Part shown: positions 41,989 to 53,788 of the stretch, piece by piece
Numbering within the stretch: position 1 is the stretch's first letter
Layout: each line of letters begins with the position of its first letter
Assembly: GCA_951406725.2 (NCBI GenBank)
Contig: OX597816.1
Location: 161,014,001-161,078,000 of the forward strand
Reading direction: 5' to 3'
Source of the DNA: Octopus vulgaris
Lineage: Eukaryota
Length of the DNA: 64,000 nt
Position numbers and translations under genes: made by a program
Notes under the pieces: model-generated
Told to the model about the DNA's origin: nothing
What the model saw: only the letters and a program-made list of their open reading frames with translations
Database searches by the model: none

Positions 41989-44900
41989 TAGATAGATATA
42001 TAATATATATATCTTTCTCTTTTTTTCTCTTTTTTTTTTTTTCACTTGTTTCAGTCATTTGACTGCGGCCATGCTGGTGCACCGCCTTTAATCGAGCAAC
42101 TCGACCCCGGGACTTATTCTTTGTAAGCCCAGTACTTATTCTATCGGTCCCTTTTGCCGAACCGCTAAGTGATGGGGACATAAACACACCAGCATCGGTT
42201 GTCAAGCAATGCGAGGGGGACAAACACAATACTTAATAATCAATTATCAGCAATGATAGTCACATCAATAATGATGCTGATGCCATCAACAGCAGCAGCA
42301 GCAGCAACAGCAACAGGGACAGCAGTAACAATTGCAGCAGCAGTAACAGGAATAATGATCCTAAAACAGCACACCAGTGACATTAGATCCTACCTGTAAA
42401 GCAGAGCAAAGCGCCTGCAATGGCAGTTCTTTTTTTCTTTTTTTTTCATTATCCTGTTGCCTAAAATAAATCCAAGGATATATGGTTTACTGCTTTACAG
42501 ATAATTTAGTTTCATATTTTGGCACAAGGCCAGCAATTTCGATAGGGAGATAAATTGATTATGTTGACCTCAGTGCTCAACTGGTACTTATTTTGTTAAC
42601 CCTGTAAGGATGAAAGGCAAAGTCAAATTTGGCAGGATTTGAGCTCAGAATGTAAAGATGTACAAAATGCCACTAAGCATTTTGCCTGGCATGGTAACAA
42701 TTCTTCCAGCTCACCACCTTTTCCAATCAATGTTTCTCTTGACGCATTGATTGAAACCAATAGAAACTAGAAAATGAATTCGTTCAGGAATGTCATTTCA
42801 GAATTTTTCCAACCAAAATTGTATAGCTTCTATTTTGTACTCAATGTTTTGGACTTTTTAAACCATCTTCCAAGCAAAACCAGCAAGGACTCTCTTTTGG
42901 TCTCCTTCAATGTAATAAACCTCTACATTTCTATTCTTTGCAAATACAAAATATAGAAGCTATACAATAAATCTGGGTGGGAAAATTCCCAAATGACATT
43001 CTTGACTGAATTGGGAAAGGATTTATCAGTGATGGACTAAAATTCATCTTACAAAATAACTTTTTTAATTTCAATGAAAACATCTATGGATAAAAGTCTG
43101 TAACTATGATGGGAACAAAGGTAGCCCCCCACTTTTGCTAATTTTGTCATGGCACACTTAGAAGTCCAAATATACACACCAGACTGAAATGTCAAAAATA
43201 CTCCGAAAAATACTTACACACCAAATGGAAACGTAACCTTGATCAACTCTTGAATTTTAAAAACTTAATTAATAACATTAACCACAGTATCTAGTTTACA
43301 ATAGAATACAGTCACATACAGCTACCCTCTCTGGACATTTTAATCATAAATAGTGATACTAACATTGATACTGACATCTACTTTACACCAATAATAACTT
43401 ATATTCTTTTCCTGCCATCCAAAGCATACAAAAATCAAAATACCTTCTAAATTGGCAAGAAGAATTTGCATGATTGTATCCAATCCTGAAACCCAGGATA
43501 AATGACTCCAAGAACCTTAAAATATTTTAAAGAAAATACATGATTAGCTTAATCAAAAACAGAATAGAATGTGTAAAAATGATAGAATTCAAGAATTATG
43601 ATAAACAAGAAAACCTTCAGACACACTTAAAACTTTGTCTTACACATCAACACACAATCATGGAAGCATACAACATCAGCCATCAGAATATACCTCTCCT
43701 GTTGAATGACCTGTGAATGAAAAAAGCACTCAAAGTACCTAAAATTATTAAAAGTAAAAGACAATCCAATCCCCAAAAAGGTTACTTATCAGTCCCAAAT
43801 TACCCACCAAAAATACAACCCCACTAGTCAAAAAATGCAACTGCCCTAACTGCGGGACCTGCATCAACTTTATGGAAGGTTCAACATATGAATTCAAGTT
43901 AGGTCAAATATTCACCATAAAAAAATCATTTCACCTGTGCATTGAAGAACTTAATTTATGTTCTCAAGTGTGGTAGGTATGGTGGTGACGACTACATAGG
44001 TCGAACAGGCTTGACCTTGAGCGACGGACTGATGGTACACAGACAACAGATTCAGAGCCCCACGACCAGGGAAATTCCTGTATGTAAACACTTGGATCAA
44101 TGCTCTGCAATCAGAAATCTAAAATACCAGATTTTCCCTCTCTGTTAATGTACCAGAAACACTTCAACCCAATTCCAATTAAATAAAGAAAGTGTGCTTA
44201 ATAAAAATACAAATCACAAATAAATATTCTCTAATAATACACTAGAAAGAGAAAACCCAAGTTATTCATGAAATATGACCAGAGACAACAGATACAAATC
44301 AAAAAGTTTATGAAACAGGCTTCCTCAGGGAATCAAAACCCCAACTCCAAATTACTGTGCAATAACACCATACACCTTTTCAAACACTAGTTGCTGATGT
44401 CACCTCAGACTAAACCAATGAGATTTTTCTCTGGTCAAAACCGGACTCTAAGTTAAAAACAAATAAGCTTCAAGCCAACCAAGCCAGTGGTTTCTTAAGG
44501 GAACCAACCAGCCTGAACACTAGATGTACATAAGGCAAAATCAGGTTACCAAGTCCTCACCAGGAAGTCAACCAAGCAGAACATTGAACTTTGCCAAGTT
44601 AAAAATATTTTGATGAAAACTAAAATGTTTGACCATAACAAATGATGTCACTAAACACAATCAGAACTTGATCCTTTACAGTGGTCAGCAAGGAATGAAA
44701 ACATTTGACAAATAAATGACATCACCAGGAAGTTAACTTACCAGAACACTGGACTTTGCCAAACAAAAATATGTTGATCAACATACCCACTAGAAAAACA
44801 GAAGCTGTCATCAAATTTACAACCAATCAAAACTTGATCTTTTGCCATAAAAACATATATGCTAAATGAATTTTTACTTATAACATTTCGATCTCTAACA

Positions 44901-47475
44901 AGCAACCAATATGAAAAACCTCATGTATTACAGCTGAAATTGAGAAAGAACTCCTTCATGCATTACGACAGAAATTATAAAAAAAAAAAAAACGTTTTTC
45001 TTTCTCTCCATCTTTTTCTCTTTTTTTGTTATTATAAAAATTCAATATAACTGAACTTTCAGTCATGTATATTTGTTATGATCTTCAGTGAACATTTAAA
45101 CATTTGATCATTTAGACATGTTTTCCCAAATTTTTCCTTGTAACTTTAAACTATCCAAAACCCTCTATTTATAAGTTTTATCACTGATAAGCAAAAAATT
45201 GTTGAAACCGGTTTGGTATTTGAATAAATTTATTACAAAATTTTAAAATGACTACACATTTTGAGACTCAGGTGCATTTTCAAGCCATAAAACAAATTCT
45301 TCTATATATGTATCTATGTACACACACACACAGAGAGGATGTTCAGGCTAAATTTGGCATATTGCATTAAAGGAAAAGAAAGTACAATATCCCATTCAAA
45401 AATAAAAGCATTTTAAAAGATCAAAAAATATCAACCAGGTTATGGCTGAGAGATGTAAAAGTTTACTCAAAGTAGCCATCATCAACTTCCATCAAAGCCT
45501 CAAGACAGCTCTGGAACTAGGTGCATGCATTCCTGGGGAAGATCTTTGAGCAGCTTCTTGATCTTGGCCAACAGCTTGGCCTTGGTGTTGCACACAGAAC
45601 TGTTAGTGTTTTTTACAGGACATTGAACAACAATCATGATGTTGACGGTTTGATACCCAACACAAATCATCATTTGGATGGTTTCCAAGGCAGTGAGCTG
45701 GCAGAAACGTTAGCATGCTGGGTGAAATGTTTAGCGGCATTTCGTCTGTCTTTACATTCTGAGTTCAAATTCTTTAAACAAAAATGTACTGGGGTCAATT
45801 CATTCAACTAAAATTCCTCAAGGTGGTACCCCAGCATTACAGCAGTCTAATAACAAAAAGAAGTAAAAAGAAAAAAAAAAGAAAAAGAAAACATTCTTAG
45901 ACAATATTGTATTTCGTCTCTTGTTATGTTCTGAGTTCAAATTATGTCAAGGTCAACTTTGCCTTTCATCCTTTGAGAGTTGAAAAATTAAGTACCAGCT
46001 GCATACTGGGGTCGATCTAATCGACTGGCCCCCTCCCCCAAAATTTCATGTTTTGTGCCCTAGAGTAGAAAAGAATATTTAGATGGTTTCCAGTCCTCTT
46101 TGCCAACTAACTTCTTTTCAACTACAATTTTAATCATTATCATCTCCAATGCTGTTGACTTTTACCAATGCATCAAGCTGTTCCTAAAAAGAGGAGACAT
46201 TAAAACATTCTGTGTCAAAATATTCTGTGTGTGTGTGTGTGTGTATGTATGTGTATATATGTGCAGCATGGAAGGCAGACATTAAATGATGATGATGATG
46301 ATATATGTGCATATATACATACATAAATCATCATTTAATGTTCATTGTCCATGCTGGCATTGGTTGGACAATGTTACCAGAACTGGTACGGTGGTGGAGA
46401 GCTACACCAGACTCCAGTCTGATTTGGCATAGTTTCTACAGGTCGATGCCCTTCCTAACACCAGCCACTTTACAGAGTATATTGGGTGCTTTTTCATGGC
46501 ACTGCATAAACACTTTTACATAACACCACATGAGCACTTTTACACCACCAGAAAGATTGGTCTTAACACTTCTGCTGTGGAGTACAGGTCTTCTTGAGTA
46601 CAGCAAGGTGCCTGGTATCTCAGTCCGTGGACATCTCATGTCTTCCTGGGTCTCCCATTTCCACTGGTTCTATCAACTTTGAGAGATTAGCATTTCTTTA
46701 TGGAGCTGTCGGCATCCATCTGCATCACATGACCAAACCAGCACAGTCTTCTCTCTTGTACACAGCAACCAATTGCTCTTATGCCTAACTTATCTCTCAG
46801 AACACTGGCACTCTGTCAAACCTGTACACATATATTACACATCCAGCAGAGCATACTAGCCTCATTCCTTTCTGACCTTTGCGTGTCCTCTACATTCAGG
46901 GCCCACGTCTCATTACCATGTAGAATTGATGTCTGTATATATGCATCATACAATCATCCTTTCACTCAGAGAGAGAAACCTTTCATGGCCAACACAAGTA
47001 ACAACTCTCAGAATTTCCTCCATCCTATTCTTATTCTAGATATCATACTCTTCATGCATCCTCTGCCACTACCAATTTGGTCCCTCAGGTAACAGACTCA
47101 GGTGCCTGGTGCAGCCTCCACTGCCTCTAATGAGCCACCAGAGCTTTTGAGAGAATTAATTTCCTGAGTCTCTAAAGTTTTTATGGATTGTGTGCATCTT
47201 CTACATATGAAAACTATCTTCTCTGATAACCATCCAATTCACCCACTGCACCTCTTGTATGTCCATAGGTTACACTGGGTACACTGTAGGGAGTTCCTGC
47301 TAACCCCTTTCCTACAAAATGAACAGGTCCACCTGCCTGAGCAGGATAGGTACCTATCAGTTTTCTTGCTTATTAGGACCTTAGTCATTGTTAAGTTAAC
47401 CCTAAGACCCTTTTCCACACCTGGAATTTTTTATCTATCCCTATATGGAATCTGCTATGAGGACAAAATCATCAG

Positions 47476-47526
<51 letters not shown>

Positions 47527-48230
47527 GGTTATGAGAGGTAATGGTGTCAATAAAACCTAAAGGTGTCAAGTAATGCTGAGTAAGTGCTATGGACAGACCA
47601 TAGATAAGCTCCAGGTTCAGTGATTATGTGAATAAGGAGTCCAACGTAGGTCATATATCAGCATGTGTATATATAAAAAAAAAATTCTTTTTGGAATGAG
47701 ATAAAAAGCCAAGGCAGTGAAGATTTTAGAACATTTATAAATAGAAAGTCTTAAAATTGAACCTAAAACCATGCTAGTGGGAAGCAAACTTTATAACCAC
47801 ACACCCTTATATGTGTTTATATGTAACATACAGAAAAGGAGAGGTGGCACCCTGAGCATTAACAACCAATAACACAAAGTAGTAATGACATACATACATA
47901 CATGATGGTAGTCCACTCGTGACTGAAGAAGACCATTGCTGACCTTCAGGAACATTGCGTGCTCTAGGACTAACATATTTTGCATTTGTGGCTCCGTTGG
48001 TGGCTAATGAACCCTGCACTTGACAAGCATATACAACTGCAAACATTGCAAACTAAGCTTTCCCCATTCACTACACCAACAGTGCACTTTCAAGCAGCAT
48101 GCTTAAGTTCTTCATAAAGAATATGTGCTCTCCCAAAAGTGTCAATACCCCTCCTTAACCTGCTTCCTTCATCTGTGGTGATGACAGGCATTGTTCTCCC
48201 AGCCAGTCTCCTGCATATCACATACACACA

Positions 48231-48286
<56 letters not shown>

Positions 48287-48796
48287 TACATACATACATA
48301 CATACATACATACATACATACATAGATACATAAATACATAGGAAGGGTATCAACCTGTAGAAATTCTGCCAGATCAGATTGGAGCCTGGTGCAGCCATCT
48401 GGTTCGGCAGTCTTCAGTCAAATCATCCAACCCATGCTAGCATGGAAAGCGGATGTTAAACGATGATGATGATGATGATGATGATATATATATATATATA
48501 TTGATTGTTAAAAAGAATAACAAACATTAAGGCAAGGCAACCATCTTAAGTCATATACAATATCATTATCGGAAAATTTTTTTTCCTATAATAATATTGT
48601 ATATTACTTGAGATGTTTGCCTTGCCTTAATGTTTTCTGTCTTGTTTAACAATTATATATCTGCAGCATCAGAAATCTGCAAAGGATCCATAACTACTGT
48701 CTCAGCTATAACCTTGGAGTCTTAGTAATCCCTTACAGCACTTACTTAGTATACCTAATCGTTTAGATCACTTGTGAACTAAACCCTCATACTTTG

Positions 48797-48833
<37 letters not shown>

Positions 48834-49224
48834 ATGTGTGTGTGGTAAGTAGCTTGCTTATTAATCACATGGTTCTGGGTTCAGTCCCACTGTGTGGTAC
48901 CTTAGGCAAGTGTCTTCTACTATAGCCTCGGGCCGACCAAAGCCTTATGAGTGGATTTGGTAGACAGAAACTGAAAGAAGCCTGTCGTATATATGTGTAT
49001 GTATATATATGTGTGTGTGTGTTTGTGTGTCTGTGTTTGTCCCCCCCAACATCACTTGACAACCGATGCCGGTGTGTTTACGTCCCCGTAACTTAGCGGT
49101 TCGGCAAAAGCGCCTGATAGAATAAGTACTAGGCTTACAAAGAATAAGTCTTGGGGTCGATTTGTTCAACTAAAGGTGGTGCTCCAGCATGGTCGCAGTC
49201 AAGTGACTGAAACAAGTAAAAGAG

Positions 49225-49261
<37 letters not shown>

Positions 49262-52200
49262 GTATACATACATATGTGTGTGTGTGTGTGTGTGTGCAAA
49301 GTGCCTCCTTAATGTTTCCTTCCACCAAAACCACTCACAAAGCTTTGGTTGGCCTGGAACCATGGTAGAAAACACTTGGCTACGTTGGCCATGCAGTAAA
49401 ATTGAATATGAAACTATGCTGTTGGGGAAGCAAACTTCAAAACCACACAACCATACCCATACCCATACTTAAATGTAACCTACAAAAAAGGAGAGGTGGC
49501 ACCTTGAGCATTAACAACCAATAACATAAAGTAGTAATGACGTTGTTACTAGTATTTACTAATTCCATTATATGCTAACTTGCTCTTCCATAATAACAGC
49601 TTCCAGAAAGAGTTCACAAGAGCATTTATTTCGTAAATGTACTTCCATAGTATTTATAGTCCAACTACATGTTTATTGATTACAGTTGTCTGAACATTGC
49701 AAATGGATCAACGACCTACTTTGTATGCTAACCTACACATGACTTGATCAAACATCCCTCTGCAATACTAGAATCTTTGTCTTATTTATTATCTCATGCG
49801 TTTCTGTCTTTCTTTCTCTTCCTCTATTTTTCTCAGTCTGTCTGTCTGTCTGTCTGTCTATCTGTCTGCCTCTTTCTGTATACAAATACATACATACATA
49901 CATGCATACATACACATGCATATATGCATACATGCATACATACATACACACATACATGCCTACATACATACACACATACATACATGCATGCTGATATACA
50001 TACACATGCATACATATACATACATGCATACATATATACACACATACACACATACAACCATGCATACATGTGTGCTGACTACATATACACACATACATAC
50101 ATACACATATATACATACATACATACACACATACATATATGCATACATGCATACATACATACACACATACATACACACATACACAATACATTCATGCATA
50201 CATACATACATACACAATACATACATGCATACACACATGCATACTTACATACACACATATATACATACATGCATACATACACATACATACATACACACAC
50301 ACATACACACATGCATACACACACACACATACATACAGGCATACATACACACATACATATACATACATACATACCATACATACATACATACATACATGCA
50401 TGCACACACACATACACATGCACACACACTCCATATAATAAAAAGGGAGGAAAAGACAACAGAAAGAGAAGAAAAGAAAAAAAGAAAGAAAGAAGGATGA
50501 GAATATAGAAACAAATATAAATACACAAATATAGAAAGAAAAGCGAAAGAATATCAAAATATTGAAAATGGAATAAAAATGAAGGGATTTTCATTTTGCT
50601 TTACAGTTTCATCATTGCCAATCTCTCTCACTCCTTGTCTTTCGTCTCTCTCTCTGTTTCTTTCATTCTCTTTCTTGCCACCCACTCTTATCTGTCTCTT
50701 ATAGAAAGTCAATTTATATTTTCAAATACAAATACTACACACAAATGTCATATTCCAATCTGTTGGACAGATATTGTCTTATTTATACCATCTCCTTTCT
50801 TTGTTTCTTTTCTTTCCCTTGTTCTTGACTTCCATTCTATTTCAGTTGTCTTTCTTCTTTTTCTTTTTACTTTTCTAGATTTCTCTAACGTCTGTAGCAA
50901 GTTGTCACCTTCAATTTGTCCTTTTTGAGAACTGATAAAGAGATCATGTTACATCTGCACGACAAATGACTCAGATATTGATAATCATCCACACATTTCC
51001 TGCTCAGTTTTCTACTCATGAATATCCATGAATCTCTACATGTTGCTAGCTATAGATTCTCCAAGATAGAGCTTCACTTCTACAGACAATCATTATTATT
51101 GGTATTAGTTTATAGATGGCTTAAGAGTGGTGGTTTTTATAGAACCAGTAATGCAACTAAGTGTCAGCCTTGATTGAGCAGACTCATGACCAAAGTTTAC
51201 TAGCTATGATCATCCCACATATATTTATTAATTAATATTTATTATTGCTTACAGACAGATTTTCGAAATCAGTAACAGTAGTTACTGGGAAAAACATTGA
51301 ATAGATATTTGCAAACAGGTCTCTCTTCATCGAAAACCGGTGATTACCGTACGTTGACAAGAGGCAAATACCTTGAAACTGCAGTCCGTGCGTATCACTT
51401 AGGTTTACGAGAGAGGGATGACCTCCCTTTGCAAATACCATAAGGGCACAGAAAGTGTGCCTAAAGCCAGCTGGAGACGATGATCTCCTGGGGCTAAAAG
51501 CTACAGTAACACCCACCCTTAGTGGTTAGCCGTATTGAGATGGCTAGTATATTTTACATTGTCGAGCGGTTACTGTTTACATCTCATTCAGAGATTTATT
51601 ATTGCTTTATTATTCTAGTTTATTTTTAACCTGATGAGTGGCTATATTTAATCGAAGTGATTTTACTACTACTTTTAATTTTTTTTACTATAATCATTTC
51701 TTAAATATAGCCACAAAACATGTGTTGTTATTCTATGAAATATATACGTTTTTATTATTATTTTGCAATTTACTTAATCATTGGTATATTATTGTTATTT
51801 TATTTTTGATATTTCTATTATATGTAATTTTCTAGATGGTGTAATTTAATTGTTCATTTTGAATTGATAAAAGGTGTTTTTTTTTCTAATTTTTATATAT
51901 ATATAGAGTGGTATATATATATCTCGGAGTGGTTGGCGTTAGGAAGGGCATCCAGCCGTAGAAACACTGCCAGATTTGACTGGGCCTGATGAAGCCTTCT
52001 GGCTTCACAGACCCCAGTAGAACCGTCCAACCCATGCTAGCATGGAAAGCGGACGCTAAACGATGATGATGATGATGATGATGATAGGTTATAAGAGTAA
52101 TGGTGTCATTGAGACCCAAAGGCGTCAGGTAATGCTGAATAAGTGCTAATAGACAGATCATAGTTAAGTTCCAGGTTTGGTGATTTTGCAAATAAGGGGT

Positions 52201-53723
52201 TCAACGTTGGTCATATGTCAGCATGTGTATATAAGAATTTTTTTTGCGTAATGAGATAAAAAACCAAGGCTGTGTAGATATTAGAACATTTATAGATAGA
52301 AAGTCTTACAGCTGTTTCCAGGATATTAATTAATTATATCCCTTCATCGGAGACAGTGTGAGAGGATAGTTAAGTAATAATTAATTTAGATGGGATACAA
52401 AATAGAGAGTGAGGTGGAGGAAAGAAAATAGATGTGAGATATGTAGGGAAATTGAATTTGTAGATCCATTTTTTAGGCAGAATAGTATATATGTAAGATT
52501 CCAATACCTAATGAGAAAAGTCCTACATCATTTAAAATTGTTCATTCTAAAATGAACAATTTTAAATGCTGTTGGGCTAGGGTGTGTGAAAAGTTTTATT
52601 GTTACATGTGGGTTGAACATACATTGCTTCTAGAACTCAGTTTTGCTGATGTGGGTGGGTTTTCTCAAGAATCTCATATCACCAGACATCTCAATCTATT
52701 GTCATTTCCTCTGTGAGGCCCAAAATCCTGAGATCAGTCCTCACCACTTCGTCGTATGTCTTCATGGGTCTCCCTCTTCTACAGATACCATCCACTTTCA
52801 GTGATCAGCACTTCTTTATCATGGCACTCTGTTGGTTATGACGATGAGGGTTCCAGTTGATCTCATCAACAGAAAAGCCTGCTTGTGAAATTAACGGGTA
52901 AGTGGCTGAGCACTCCACAGACATGTGTACCCTCGGCGTAATTCTTGAGGAGATTCAGCATGACACAGTGTGTGACAAGGCTGGCCCTTTGAAATACAGG
53001 TACCACAGAAACAGGAAGAAAGAGTGAAAGAAAGTTGTGGTGAAAGAGTACAGCAGGGTTCACTATCACTCCCTGCCAGAGTATCATGGGGCTTTAGGTG
53101 TTTTCACTCAATAAACACTCATAATGCCTGGTCTGGGAATTGAAACTGTGATCCTATGCACTGCCCTAACCACTGGGCCATTGCTCCTCCACACTTCTTT
53201 ACGCAACATAGTCATCACATGTCCAAACGAACATTAGCACAAAAGCAGTACCACAGCCAATGAGAGTTATCCAAGGCATGGTTATTGCTCAGAGTAAACT
53301 ATTCCCAGTTCTCACTATATATGTATGTGTGTATATATATATTGTATATCATCATCATCATCATCATTGTTTAACGTCCGTTTTCCGTGCTAGCATGGGT
53401 TGGACGGTTCGACTGGGGTCTGGGAAGTCAGGAGGCTGCACCAGGCTCCAGTCTGATCTGGCAGTGTTTCTACAGCTGGATGCCCTTCCTAACGCCAACC
53501 ACTCCGTGAGTGTAATGGGTGCTTTTTACATGCCACCAGCACAGGTGCCAGACGAGGCTGGCAGCAGCCATGATCGGTTGGTGCTTTTTACGTGCCACCG
53601 GCACAGAAGCCAGTCAAGGCGGTGCTGGCATCGGCCACATTCGGATGGTGCTTTTTACGTGCCACCGGCATAGGTATCACAACTACTATTTCCATTTGAT
53701 ATTTATTTCGATGTTCATGTATA

Positions 53724-53788
<65 letters not shown>

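Noticed and set aside
50879-51101. Plus-strand exon after a long pyrimidine tract
   Set aside because: All three frames stop within about 60 nt and no partner exons were found; a non-coding exon cannot be excluded.
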